Shown here: piece by piece, positions 1 to 11,700 of the stretch
Numbering within the stretch: position 1 is the first letter of the stretch
Layout of the letters: the number at the start of each line of letters is the position of its first letter
Origin: Candidatus Eiseniibacteriota bacterium
Lineage (GTDB): Bacteria; Eisenbacteria; RBG-16-71-46; SZUA-252
Assembly (NCBI GenBank): GCA_036505295.1
Contig: DASXTQ010000019.1
Location: 4,446 to 68,445, forward strand
Length of the DNA stretch: 64,000 nt
Direction of reading: 5' to 3'
Made by a program: the position numbers and the translations under genes
The notes under the pieces: model-generated
Told to the model about the DNA's origin: nothing
What the model saw: the letters and a program-made list of their open reading frames with translations, nothing else
Database searches by the model: none

Positions 1-2531
1 CGGGCGCTCCGATTTCCATGCCCGGGATGATGGACACGGTTCTGAACCTGGGCCTGAACGACCAAACGGTCGAGGGGCTCGCGAGCAAGAGCCGGAACCC
101 TCGCTTCGCGTTCGACAGCTACCGCCGATTCATCCAGATGTTCTCCGACGTCGTGCTCGGAATCCCGCGAGAGATCTTCGAGGAGGAGCTGACTCTCGCC
201 AAGAAGCGCGCCCGCGTCACGGACGACACCGGCCTCGATGAGAAGCGCCTCCGGGGCTTGGTCGAGCGCATGAAGCATCTCGTGCGCCGCGAGATCGGTC
301 ACGATTTTCCGCAACAGGCGCGGGAGCAGCTCGCTCGGGCGCGCGATGCCGTATTTCGCTCCTGGCACACCGAGCGAGCGGTGCACTACAGGCGGCTGAA
401 CAACATCCCGGAGCACCTCGGCACGGCGGTCACGGTCCAGGCGATGGTCTTCGGAAACCTCGGTCCCCGGTCCGCGACGGGGGTGGGGTTCACCCGCGAT
501 CCCGCCACCGGGGAGCCGCGCTTCTACGGCGAATATCTCCTGAACGCCCAGGGCGAGGACGTCGTCGCCGGAATCCGCACGCCCCGTCCCATCGACGAGG
601 TGGAGCGCGAGCTGCCGGAAGCCTACGCGGCCCTCCGCGAGATCACATCCCGGCTCGAGCAGCACTACCGCGATGTCCAGGATTTCGAGTTCACGATCGA
701 AGAGGGGCGCCTCTTCATGCTCCAGACGCGGCGCGCGGCGCGCACCGGGCAAGCCGCGCTGAGGATCGCGGTCGACATGGTGGACGAGGGGCTGCTTACC
801 AAGAGGGAGGCGATCGAGCGCGTGGACCCGGAGCATCTCGACCAGGTGCTCCACCCCGTGCTCGACCCGGCCGAACGCAAGAAGCACGCGCTGCTCGCCC
901 GCGGCCTTCCCGCTTCCCCCGGCGCCGCGGCGGGCGCGATCGTGTTCACGTCCGAGGAGGCGGTTCGCCGGGGACTGGCCGAGCGCGTGATCTTAGTCCG
1001 CGCGGAGACCTCCCCCGACGACATCGCGGGGATGAGCTCGGCCCGTGGAATTCTGACCGCGACCGGAGGGATGACGTCGCACGCCGCCGTCGTCGCCCGC
1101 GGCATGGGCAAGTGCTGCGTGGCCGGCTGCACGGCGCTATCGATCGACGAGGGAAGGCGGGTCCTGCGCGTCGGCGGCCGGACGCTGCGCGAGGGGACCT
1201 TCGTTTCGCTCGACGGCTCCACGGGGGAGGTGCTCCTTGGAGATGCGCCCACGACTGATTCCGAGGTGGTCCGCGTGCTGAGGGGAAAGCTCAAGCCCGA
1301 GGGGGCGCCGCTGTACCAGCGCTTCGAGCGGCTCACCCAGTGGTGCGACGAGGTGCGGCGGCTTCGCGTGCGCGCGAACGCCGACGTGCCCCACGACGCG
1401 CGGCTCGCCCGACAGCTCGGCGCCGAGGGAATCGGTTTATGCCGGACCGAGCACATGTTCTTCGCGGAGGAGCGGATTCCGTACGTCGTGACGATGATCC
1501 TGAACGCGCAGGAGGCACGGCAGGCGAAGCTCACGATCGAGCGGCTTTCCGGGGAGCTGAAGGACGCGGCTCGGTCGGAGCGTCCGCGCCTGAAGCGCGA
1601 GCTGGCCGAATCCCAGCGCACGGGTAGAGGGCCGATCCGCGCGTTCGAAGGGGCGCTGAAGAAGCTCCTCCCGCTCCAGCGGGCGGATTTCCGAGGCCTC
1701 TTCCTCGCGATGGAGGGTTGCCCGGTCACGATCCGGACGCTCGATCCGCCGCTCCACGAGTTTCTGCCGAAGCGCGAGCACCTCCTGCGCGAGCTCGCGG
1801 GGTTGAAGCCCGGCGCCCGCTCCCGCGCGCGACGGAAGCTCCTCGAAGCCACGCTCACGCGGGTCGAGGAGCTTCACGAGTTCAACCCGATGCTCGGGTT
1901 CCGCGGGTGCAGGCTGGGGATCCTCCACCCCGAGATCACGCGAATGCAGGCACGCGCCATCTTCGAAGCCGCGGCCAGCGTGATCCGGCTCGGGAAGAGG
2001 GTGATTCCCGAGATCATGATCCCCCTCGTAGGCGACCCGGAGGAGCTGGGCCGGCAGCGAGCCGAGGTGGAATCGGTCGCCGCGGAGGTGACACGGCGCC
2101 TCGGCGTCGATGTGCCGCATACGATCGGCACGATGATCGAGGTTCCGCGCGCGGCGGTGCTGGCGGGGGAGATCGCGGCCAAGGCGGATTTCTTCTCCTT
2201 CGGCACGAATGACCTGACCCAGATGACCTTCGGCTACTCCCGCGACGATTCCGGGCGCTTCCTGCCCGAGTACGTGCGCGCGGGGATCCTCCCGAACGAC
2301 CCCTTCGTCTCGATCGACGTGCCCGGCGTGGGCGCTTTGGTCCGGCGCGCCACGTTCGCGGGGCGGAAAAGCAAGCCCGGGCTCAAGGTCGGCGTCTGCG
2401 GCGAGCACGGCGGCGATCCGGCGTCGATCGATCTCTTCGAGGAGATCGGGCTCGATTACGTCTCATGCAGCCCGTTTCGGGTTCCGCTCGCGCGTCTTGC
2501 CGCGGCCCGCGCCGCCTTGAACCGGAAATGA
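1..2531 (+). CDS. ppdK: Pyruvate, phosphate dikinase (5'-truncated at window edge)
   Basis: Translation from the window start matches PPDK nucleotide-binding/His and C-terminal PEP-utilising TIM-barrel regions (MDTVLNLGLND..., GGMTSHAAVVARGMGKCCVAGC, ...FSFGTNDLTQMTFGYSRDD...). The ORF is open to the window edge and the stop TGA is at 2529-2531. Confidence 0.9.
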   Translation, partial: GAPISMPGMMDTVLNLGLNDQTVEGLASKSRNPRFAFDSYRRFIQMFSDVVLGIPREIFEEELTLAKKRARVTDDTGLDEKRLRGLVERMKHLVRREIGHDFPQQAREQLARARDAVFRSWHTERAVHYRRLNNIPEHLGTAVTVQAMVFGNLGPRSATGVGFTRDPATGEPRFYGEYLLNAQGEDVVAGIRTPRPIDEVERELPEAYAALREITSRLEQHYRDVQDFEFTIEEGRLFMLQTRRAARTGQAALRIAVDMVDEGLLTKREAIERVDPEHLDQVLHPVLDPAERKKHALLARGLPASPGAAAGAIVFTSEEAVRRGLAERVILVRAETSPDDIAGMSSARGILTATGGMTSHAAVVARGMGKCCVAGCTALSIDEGRRVLRVGGRTLREGTFVSLDGSTGEVLLGDAPTTDSEVVRVLRGKLKPEGAPLYQRFERLTQWCDEVRRLRVRANADVPHDARLARQLGAEGIGLCRTEHMFFAEERIPYVVTMILNAQEARQAKLTIERLSGELKDAARSERPRLKRELAESQRTGRGPIRAFEGALKKLLPLQRADFRGLFLAMEGCPVTIRTLDPPLHEFLPKREHLLRELAGLKPGARSRARRKLLEATLTRVEELHEFNPMLGFRGCRLGILHPEITRMQARAIFEAAASVIRLGKRVIPEIMIPLVGDPEELGRQRAEVESVAAEVTRRLGVDVPHTIGTMIEVPRAAVLAGEIAAKADFFSFGTNDLTQMTFGYSRDDSGRFLPEYVRAGILPNDPFVSIDVPGVGALVRRATFAGRKSKPGLKVGVCGEHGGDPASIDLFEEIGLDYVSCSPFRVPLARLAAARAALNRK

Positions 2532-3289
2532 TCACCCCGCTCCGCGTCGACGCGATCATCCCCGCGCTGAATGAGGCGGAATCTCTGGGAAGAGTGCTCG
2601 ACCTGCTCCCCTCGCCGCCGGTGCGCCGCGTCATCGTGGCCGATAACGGCTCGACCGATTCGACCTCCCGTATCGCCCGCGACCACGGCGCCACGGCGGT
2701 CCTCGAGCCGCGTCGTGGCTATGGTGCCGCCTGCCTCAAGGGGATCGAGGCGCTCGCTCATGATCCCCCCGACGTGGTCCTCTTCCTGGACGCTGATTTG
2801 AGCGACGACCCCACCGAGGCCGGAACCCTGCTCGGCCCGATTCTCGAAGGGCGCGCGGATCTCGTGATCGGATCCAGGACCTCGGGGGTGCGGGAGCCGC
2901 GGGCCCTCACGCCGCACGCCCGGTTCGGGAATTGGCTCGCGACGCGCCTGCTGAGGGCGCTCTACGGGGCTCGCTATACCGACCTGGGACCGTTCCGGGC
3001 CATCCGGTACGATTCGCTGAGGAAGCTCGGCATGGCGGATCGCGATTTCGGCTGGACGATCGAGATGCAAGTCAAGGCGGCGCGCATGGGACTACGCCAC
3101 GTCGAGGTCCCGGTCCGTTACCGCAGGCGCGTGGGGCGGTCGAAGATTTCCGGCACGTTGGGTGGGTCGCTCCGGGCAGGCTGGAAGATCCTGGGAACCA
3201 TCGTCGCCGACTACGTCTCCCATGGACCCCCTGTCGCGGGGGGCCCGGGTCGACCTGGCGGCACTCCTCGCCCGGGCGCACCATCTTGA
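2528..3289 (+). CDS. Family 2 glycosyltransferase (polyprenol-phosphate sugar transferase-like)
   Basis: MITPLRVDAIIPALNEAESL...VADNGSTDST...LFLDADLSDDP (GT2 DxD). The ATG overlaps the ppdK stop in an ATGA arrangement, which suggests translational coupling. Confidence 0.8.
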   Translation: MITPLRVDAIIPALNEAESLGRVLDLLPSPPVRRVIVADNGSTDSTSRIARDHGATAVLEPRRGYGAACLKGIEALAHDPPDVVLFLDADLSDDPTEAGTLLGPILEGRADLVIGSRTSGVREPRALTPHARFGNWLATRLLRALYGARYTDLGPFRAIRYDSLRKLGMADRDFGWTIEMQVKAARMGLRHVEVPVRYRRRVGRSKISGTLGGSLRAGWKILGTIVADYVSHGPPVAGGPGRPGGTPRPGAPS

Positions 3290-3324
3290 CCCCCCTTCGG
3301 GCGCCGGGGTACCATGGCTGCACC

Positions 3325-4518
3325 TTGGCCCGCTCTCGCGCGACCCCGATCCTCCATCGGTTTGCTCTCGTTGCCTTTGCCCTCGCGGCCTCGGCCTACA
3401 CGCCTCCGCCGCTCCTCCACACGGACATTAATTTGCAGTCCGGGCTAACCTGCCGCGGATGCCATGTCGACATCACCGAGCAGTGGACGACCTCCGCGCA
3501 CGCCTCGGCCGACCGAAAATCCAATCCCCTCTTCGGGCGGATGTACTTTACCTCGCTCAAGGAGACCCGCGGCGCGACCATGGTGAAATGCGGCCCATGT
3601 CACGAGACGGCTTCGTTCGTGTCGAACGACTTTGAAAAACTCCGTGACGTAAGTGCCGAGGGCGTGACCTGCGTCTACTGTCATGCCATCGCCGGGACCG
3701 GGCCGCCCGCGGCGGTTCCGCCCTTCACGCTCGAGCTAGGCCCCTATCAGGGGCCGATCCGCCAGCCGGTGAAGGTGAAGGATCATGCGTCCAGCTACAG
3801 CGATTTCATCACCAAATCGGACTACTGCGGCGGGTGCCACCAATACCAAAATCAAAACGGCGTCCTCATCAGCGACACGTTCGGAGAGTGGAAGCGCTCG
3901 AAGTATGCGAAGCAGGGCGTCACGTGCCAGCAGTGCCACATGCCCGGCGGTCCGGGACGGGTCTCATCGATGGGCCCGGTCCGGCCGCGGGTCGCGGATC
4001 ACTCCTTCCCGGGCCCGGCACAGAACCGAGCCCTCCGGGAAGCGGCGACCCTCGCGCTGCGCTTGGGGAAGCGGAGCGGGGATACGCTCCGGTTCTTCGC
4101 GGTCGTGACCAACGTCGGCGCGGGGCACGCCATTCCGACCGGGAACGACCAGCACCTGCTTCTGCTTCGCTTGCGCCTTACCGACTCGGGCGATCATATC
4201 GTATGGGAGAATGACCCGTTCCTGGACTGGAACAGCTCGGTCTTCGGGCTCCTGCTCGCGAATGACCTGGGCGTTTACCCCGCCGAGACCTGGAACGCAA
4301 GCAAGGTGCTTTCGGATCGGCGTATCCAGGCCGGTGCCACGGCGCAATCGCGGTTCGAGATCCCGATTCCGGACGCGAAGGGTACGCTGCGCCTTGAGGC
4401 GCAGCTCCTCTATCGTCGCGCCCGCCCCGAGACCATCCAAGCCTACGGCCTGCCCGAGGACACTTACGGCGACGAGCGGCTCGTGGCGCAGGCTACCCTC
4501 CAAGTCCAGAATCCCTAG
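3325..4518 (+). CDS. Secreted multiheme cytochrome c (5 CxxCH motifs)
   Basis: Five CxxCH motifs: CRGCH, CGPCH, CVYCH, CGGCH, CQQCH. The signal-peptide-like N-terminus (RSRATPILHRFALVAFALAASA) has no in-frame ATG after the upstream stop, so a TTG start at 3325 is inferred. Confidence 0.65.
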   Translation: MARSRATPILHRFALVAFALAASAYTPPPLLHTDINLQSGLTCRGCHVDITEQWTTSAHASADRKSNPLFGRMYFTSLKETRGATMVKCGPCHETASFVSNDFEKLRDVSAEGVTCVYCHAIAGTGPPAAVPPFTLELGPYQGPIRQPVKVKDHASSYSDFITKSDYCGGCHQYQNQNGVLISDTFGEWKRSKYAKQGVTCQQCHMPGGPGRVSSMGPVRPRVADHSFPGPAQNRALREAATLALRLGKRSGDTLRFFAVVTNVGAGHAIPTGNDQHLLLLRLRLTDSGDHIVWENDPFLDWNSSVFGLLLANDLGVYPAETWNASKVLSDRRIQAGATAQSRFEIPIPDAKGTLRLEAQLLYRRARPETIQAYGLPEDTYGDERLVAQATLQVQNP

Positions 4519-4552
4519 ACAAGGCACGCTCGAAAACCCTACCGTAGCAGCC

Positions 4553-5506
4553 ATGCCGCCCTCCGATCTGCTGCGCGAAATCCGCAGGGAAGGCTACACC
4601 TTGGGCGCGATCTGGCGTTTTTTCCGCGTGAGCCTTGCCCGAGTCTCGCGCGGCCTTCCCCAGCACCCCGAGCTGGTGCGGCCGATCGCCGCGACGGCGC
4701 TCGGCCTCTTCGTCCTGCAGTTTGTGACCGCCGTCTTGCTGTCGGTCCATGTCGGGCGCGACGTGGGGGGGGATTACCTCATCGCCTCGAGCGTGATGCT
4801 CCTATTCATTTCGTTTTGGGTTCTCACACACGTCGGTCTCCTGCTGGGCTCGCGCGATGGGCAGCGGGTGATCCGGATGCCGCTTCCCATCGCGATCACG
4901 ATGCTGCGGTTCGTATCGATCCCCGCGATCGTGCTGCTCATCTTGAACCGACGCTGGGAGGCGGTCGTCTGGCTCTTCGCGGCGAGCGCGCTCACGGACG
5001 TCCTGGACGGCGTCCTTGCGCGTGCGCTTCACGTTGAGACGCGGGTCGGGGCGCTCCTGGATCCGCTGACCGACGTGACGTTCAACTCCGCGATCTTCAT
5101 CGCACTCCTGGCGGTGCAGGTCGTTCCGTGGTGGGTCACCGCCCTCATGCTCACGCGCTACGCGCTCCTCGTCGGGGGGACGGTGTATTTGTATTTCTTC
5201 TACGGCCCCGTGCTCATCAAGCCGACCCTGTTCGGAAAACTAACCGGGGTCTTGACCTCGGTTTTGGTCGGCTTCTTGCTGCTCGGCCTGTCGTGGTGGA
5301 ATGAGGCGACACGCCGCAGCTTGAAGGAAGTGTTCGACGTGGGCCTCGGGGTCATGGGGCTGGCTACGATCATTCAGGTTGTGTTCATCGGGCTCGCGAA
5401 CCGGAACCTCGCACCCGAGGTCGAAGAAGTTTTTCCCGCCGAGATGCTCCGCGCACCAGAAGGGCTCCCCGCCAAGGTCGTCGGCGAGATTCGGGGCCCC
5501 CGGTAA
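4553..5506 (+). CDS. CDP-alcohol phosphatidyltransferase family membrane protein
   Basis: Polytopic membrane protein with the D-G-x2-A-R...G-x3-D-x3-D motif (DVLDGVLARALHVETRVGALLDPLTDV). ATG at 4553. Confidence 0.75.
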   Translation: MPPSDLLREIRREGYTLGAIWRFFRVSLARVSRGLPQHPELVRPIAATALGLFVLQFVTAVLLSVHVGRDVGGDYLIASSVMLLFISFWVLTHVGLLLGSRDGQRVIRMPLPIAITMLRFVSIPAIVLLILNRRWEAVVWLFAASALTDVLDGVLARALHVETRVGALLDPLTDVTFNSAIFIALLAVQVVPWWVTALMLTRYALLVGGTVYLYFFYGPVLIKPTLFGKLTGVLTSVLVGFLLLGLSWWNEATRRSLKEVFDVGLGVMGLATIIQVVFIGLANRNLAPEVEEVFPAEMLRAPEGLPAKVVGEIRGPR

Positions 5507-5792
5507 CACCCCCCGGCTGAGTCTCGACCGGCCGGCTCGAATCCGGCCATTCCCGCAGGGCAAATTCGATTCTGGGTTGCAATCTGCATGACGCCCCCAC
5601 CTTCCGCGTGGGCGCTGCAAGGTGCGGCGATCGACGCGTTTGCAAACGGGTCCGGCTTGCCGAGTTAGTGGGACGGCGTGGTGCGAGCGCGGGGCCCATC
5701 CGTGGCATGCCTCTTGCGGTCCAAGCCCGCGCTAAGTCTCTGCGATTCAAGGGAAGAGCGCAGCGCCGAGACATCTCATCGATCCGAGGCCC

Positions 5793-8700
5793 ATGCAGGA
5801 AACAACCCAGCCACGCAGGAGCCGCGCGAAGGCAAAGCGCCGACGCACCCGTGCGCCCGCTTTCCGCGGCACGGTCGTCGCGATGGCGTTGCTTGGATCC
5901 GTTCTGGCCCCGCCCGCGATCGCGGGGCCCGGGACCGGCACGGCGATCATTCTGGGACCGAGCCCCATCGCGGTAACGGACAGCAGTATCTGGACGATTC
6001 AATACGCGCCGACCGAGGATTTCTCCGCCACCGGTGGGTTGGTCGACGTGGTCATTCCTTCCGGTTGGACACCGCCGCAGACCTCGAGTCCCATCTCGCC
6101 GGGTTATGTCAGCTGGACCGACGACAACTACGTGAACTCGGTGGTCACCGTCGGCGACACGATTCGTCTTTTTCTGGGCGCGCCGCCCAAAGACCCGTTT
6201 CAGGCCGGCGGGTCGGTCAGCGTCCTCTACGGGGCGGGCGGCGGCCACGCATCGGCGCACCCCCAGACAACGGCGCAGGACACCGTCTACTTTCGCGTCC
6301 GGAGCGATCCCACGCTCACCGGATCGCCGGCGGCCATTCAGTTCTCCCCGTGGGTTTCGGTGGTTCCGGGCCGGGTCGCCTCCGCGAAGGTCGTGGACGG
6401 AGCCAACACGGTGGTGGGCACCCTGACCCGCACGACCGATCAGGACTCGACGCAGCTCTTCCTGCGCGGTTACGACAAGTACGGGAACCTCACGCGCCTG
6501 ATCCGGGCGAACTGGACTCTGACCGGCGGAGTCGGAGCGCCCGTGCCGAGCAACGGCACCGGCACGGTGCTCAAGCTCGACACGCCTGGTACGGCGTACG
6601 CCATCGCGGACAGCGCCGGGGTGTGGTCCGATTCGACGGGAGCGATCACGGTGGTCCACGGGGCCTACGCGGGGCTTGCGATGACCGCGCCCGGGTCCGT
6701 CGCCGCGGGAACCGCGTTCCCGGTCACCGCGGGCTCGCGGGACGCGGACGGCAACACGATCACCGGCGGCCCGGGATCGGCCGCATCCCTGACCTACATC
6801 GCGTTCGCCGATTCCGTGGGTCCCACGCCCGCCGATCCGAATCTCGTGAGCGCGGGCGCCATTCTTTCGAGCGGCGTCTACTCGGGATCGCTCATCGCGC
6901 GGAAGGCAGGAGCGTTCTACTTTTCCGTGATCGACTCGACGGCGGGATACCTCTCGAGCAGACATGGCGTCGCCGTTTCCCCAGGAGGCCCCGACCGGAT
7001 CGCGCTTACGCCCGACACCTTGAGGCTCACCGCCGGCGTGCCCGACACGGTCACCGTGCGCGTTGTGGACGCATTCGGGAATCGTTCTCCAGTCCCGGCT
7101 CCGGAGACGCTCACGCTCTGGACCGATCGCCCCGCGGGCACCTTCCAGAACGTCGCGGGCACGACCACGATCTTCGAGATCACGATTCCTGCGTTCGCCG
7201 ACTCCGCGCGCTTTCGCTTCCGAGACACCCAGAGGACGACGGCCGAGGGGCGCGTCCGCGCCATCGACGCGAACGGTACCTCCCCCTTTCTCGGGACGGC
7301 CGGCGCGCCTGTCTTCACCCAGCCGAACGTACCCGCAGCGGTCGTGCTGACCGCGACGCCCGACACGCTCGTCGCGAACGGCGTCGATTCGGTTCTCGTA
7401 TCGGGCGCGGCCCTCGATTCGTTCGGGAACGCCGTCGCGCAGGGGGAGCGCTTCGCGTTCGACGGGGGCGCCCTGCTCACCGAGGTCACCGATCAGGATC
7501 CGGGGACCCCGGGCGCGCAGCTGCTCGCCGACTCCACGGGTGCCGTGCGCGGCTTCGTCAGGGTCGGAGTCACGGCCGGCCTGGGTGGGGCTACGGTTCA
7601 ATCCGAGCGGGGAAGCGCGACCGGCGCCGCTCCGATTCGTCTTCTCGCCGGTGCACCCTCCGGCGCGATCACCCTCTCCGCTTCCCCGGACTCGCTCGCA
7701 GCGGACAGCCTGGCGACGCTGACCCTCGGTGCGGCGGGCCTCCACGACGCGAACGGCAACCAGGTGGAGAACGGCGAGAAATACACGGTCTCGACCACGC
7801 TCGGCGCGATTCAGAACGCCGACGCCGATCCGGCGCCCGGTATCCAGATCCCCGCATCCGGCGGCGGGATCTCGCTCTCGCTCTTCGGAGGCGATTCGTT
7901 GGGGACGGCGCAGGTCACCGCGACCGCGCTGCGCAACGGCTCCTCGACCGGGACCCTGGGTATCCGGCTCGTACCGGGGGCCGTGAGCGCGTCGCGTTCG
8001 ACCGTCACCGCGGATTCGCCCGTTCCGGTCGGCGCTTCCGGGAGCGTGGTGGCGATTACCCTCCGGGATGGCCAGGACCATCCTCTCGGCGGCGTCCAGG
8101 CGGCTTCGGTCGTGGTCACGGTGGTTGGCGCATCGGCAAGCACCACGCCGCTCGCCTCCGCGACCGATTCCGGAGGCAGGATCGATTTCCGCGCCACGGC
8201 CACGATCCCGGACACCGGTTCCGTCCGCGTCACGGCACGGGGGATCCCCCTTGCCGCAGAGCCCGGGATCGTCTTCCAGCCGGGACCGCTCGATCACTAC
8301 ACCGTCGCGGGCCCGGCGCCACCTTTGACGGCCGGATCCGGCATCATTTTGACGATTAACGCGCATGATTCGTTCGGGAACTCCCTGCCCGGGCAGAACG
8401 GGAACGTGCTCCGGCCCACAGTGACCTCGGGCGGCGCGACCGTCCCCGACTCGGTCATCCTCGCGGGCGGCGCCGCCTCGATTCCCGTGACCCCGACGCT
8501 TGCGAGCCCCCTCACGATTGTCGTGAGCGACGGCCCGCGCTCGGTGACCTACGGGCCGGTCGCGGTGAACCCGCCGGCGGGCCTCACGATGTCCCCCGAC
8601 TCGCTCTCGCTCACCCCTGCACAAGCCGGAACCGTGACCGTCACGGCACGCGACGGCCAGGGCAACCCGATCTCCGGACTCGCGCTCACCGTGTTCCTCG

Positions 8701-11700
8701 GGGGGCCGAGCGCTATGGGTTCTCTCGAATCGCTCGGGTCAACCTCCGGGGGTCCGGGGTCACAAGGCGGCATCACTAACGGCTCGGGCCAGCTCGCGGT
8801 CCGCTACCGGGCGCCGAACGCGGCCCCTGCCGCGGATTCGATCTTCGCGAGCGGCGGCTCGCTCGGTCCGGTCGGGATCCGCGCCGCGACGGCTCCCGGC
8901 GCGACCGTCGCGCTGCGCGTGTCGCCCAAGTCGCTGAGCTGGACGGCCGGCGTGCCGGAGAGCGTGCTCGTGGAGGCCGTCGATTCGTTCGGGAACGTTG
9001 TCGTGACGGACGGCGCGCCGGTCACGATGCGCGGAGCGGGCTCGGTCGTGTGGGGCCCGGCCTCGGGCCCGCTCGTCGCGGGCCGGTTCGTGTCCACCGG
9101 ACGGGACACCGTGGCGGAGTCTGTCGCGATCGCGGCGGACCGCACAGGCGGCAGCAGCGGAACCGGCGGCACGGCGACGGTGTCTCCCGCCTCGCCCTCC
9201 GGCGCGATCCCCATCGCGGCCACCCGCGACAGCTTGACGGCCGACGGCAGGAGCGCGTCCACCGTCGTGCTCGGGCCGGTGCGGGACGCGTTCGGGAACC
9301 TCGTCAGCGCTGGAACGCTCGTGGGCGTGAGCGCGCAGGCGGGGACCCTGCTCGCCTCGGACGCCAGCGCGCTCTTCCCGGGCCTCGACTTGGCGACGGC
9401 CGCGGACGGCAGGGCATCCTTGATCCTGATCGCTCCGGGCGCGCCCGGTCCCGATACCCTCACCGCCGCATCCCGCGCCGGGTCCGCCACAGGAAGCCAC
9501 GCCTTCACCTACGTGCCGCCTCCTTCGCTGGCCTACGTCGCGGGCTCGCTGGCGCCGGGAGCCGTGATCCCCGGGGGAAGCGTCTCGTTCGCGCTCCAGG
9601 TGCGGAACACGGGCGCGGGCGCGATCCAGCTCGGGACCGGATCCCTCTTCTCGTTCGGCGCGGGCGCGACCACCTTCACGGCGGCGCTCGGCTCACCGGC
9701 CGCGGTTGGTGCGGGCGCTACGACGACGCTGACGTTCGCAGCGGGAACCGTCCCCGCCGCGCTGACCCCCGGCGCGTACGCGCCCAGCTTTCAGGCGGCC
9801 GGCACGGGTGCCACCGGGGACGCCTTCGACTTCTACCTGAGCCTCGCCGGGTCGCAGGTGAGCGTGCTCGGGCTGAGCGTCGCCGCGGTCAGCGCCTCAC
9901 CTGATCCCGCGCCGCTCGGATATCAGAATCTTTCGCTGGTCTTCGACGTCGCGAATCTATCCGGGACGCCGGGCGACCTCACGGGCGGCAGCCTGAGCTA
10001 CTCGACCGGGGCCTTCATCAGCGGCGCGCCGACACCTTCCCTCGGAACGACAATCCCGGCCGGCGGAACCACCCGGTTCACGTTTCCGGTCGCCGTGCCG
10101 TCGGGCGGGATCCCTTCCGGGACGATGATCAACTCGACGCTCCAGGCGACGGTCACCTTCGCGGGCACGCCGGTGGTTGCGTCGAGCTCCATCCCGCTCA
10201 GCTTCCGCGTGATCTCGGCCGCTCGCGTCGTCGCGGTCGCGGGCAGCGGGACGCCGCAGCGTCTCCTGCGCGGGCGGACGTTCGCTCCCACCTTGCGCGT
10301 CGCGAACACGGGCGCGGCGGCGGTCACCCTCAATCGAAATACCACGCGGCTCGAGCTCGACGCGGGCGGAACGACGCTTACGACGGCGCTATCCGCGAAC
10401 ACCGCCGTCCTCGCTTCCGACCAGGCGACCCTCGCGTTCGACTCGCTCGCGGTCCCGGCGGGCGGCGTGCCCAAGGGGCGCTACCGCGCGCGTGTCTTCC
10501 TCGACGGCACGGAATCCGGACAGGCCTTTGCCGACACCGTTCCCTCGGCGCCCGACAGCATCGACGTTCTCGACCCCGCGCTCCTCACGGTCCTTGCCGG
10601 GTCGCTCGCTCCGGGCACCGTGAGCGCGGGGCAATCGCGTTCCGTGTCGCTCACGCTCCGGAACGACGGTGACGTGCCCTTCGCGCTCGACCCCGCAACA
10701 GCGCTCAGGCTCGGCGCCCCGGTGTCGGTCACGCGCACGCTGAGCGCCTCGCCCACCCTGAACGCCGGCCAGTCGCTCAACCTTGCCTTCACCGGCGGAC
10801 CTCTGGGCTCTTCCGCCGCGCCTGGGGACGCCGCGGCGACGCTCGACGTGTTCGGCATGGAAGACGGCGTCGCACGCGCCCAGAGCCTCCCCGGGGGCAC
10901 GCTCCACGCGATGCCGCCGGCGCTGCTTCAGTACGTCGGGCGCTCGACCGCGCCGAGCCACATACGTCCGGGCCAGACGGTGGACCTCACCCTCGATGTT
11001 CAGAACAGGGGCGGGTCCCCCTTCGTGATCGATCCCGCCCAGACGCGCTTCACCTTGAGCGACGGCAGCGAGGTCATGACCGGCCTCGCCTCCGGCCCCG
11101 CCTTTCTGCTCGCACCGAGCACCCAGGCCGCGCTCGTGTTCCCGGGCGTTCTCGTCCCCGCGGCGATGGCGAGCCAGCCCTATCGGGTGGACCTCGCGAT
11201 CGGCGGGACCGAATGGGCGCTGGCCGCGAGCGCCGCCGCGACCTCTCCCGACAGCGAGCTCACCGTGCTCGGGCAGCTCGCCGCGATCCAGGTCCGCGGC
11301 GTCGACGCGGCCGTGCCGGTCCAGCTCGTGCGGGGCGGGCCGCCGATCCGCGCATGGGGGCTCGAGCTCTTGCCGCTCGTCCAGACCGGCGTTTCGACGA
11401 AGGATTCCCTGACGTCGGTCGCGATCACCATCGTCGCCGACGGCTCCACCGGCCTCCCGCCCGCGTCCTCGGTGTCCTCGATCTCGCTCCGCGATCGCGT
11501 GGGTGCGCTCCTCGCGCAAGGGGCGCCGCCTCCGGGCGCGCCGAATCCCTTCACCCTCAGCCTGACCCAGCCGCTCATCATGACGAACGGGCCGGAATCG
11601 CTCTTCGTCGATGTCGCGTTCCGCCCAGGCTCGTCCGCCGTCCGTGTCGCGCTCCAGGTCGCGCAGGCGAACGACCTCGTGGCCCTCGACGCGCTCACCG

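Noticed and set aside
5529-5553. tRNA T-arm-like hairpin (GGCCGG-CTCGAAT-CCGGCC)
   Set aside because: No acceptor/anticodon arms or CCA context can be built around it. It sits 23 nt after a CDS stop and is more likely a simple hairpin.
5385-8624. 1079-aa minus-strand ORF antisense to the giant adhesin gene
   Set aside because: Extremely Arg/Gly/Asp-rich low-complexity translation typical of the antisense of a high-GC gene. The plus-strand ORF has a signal peptide, repeats and a recognisable CTD.
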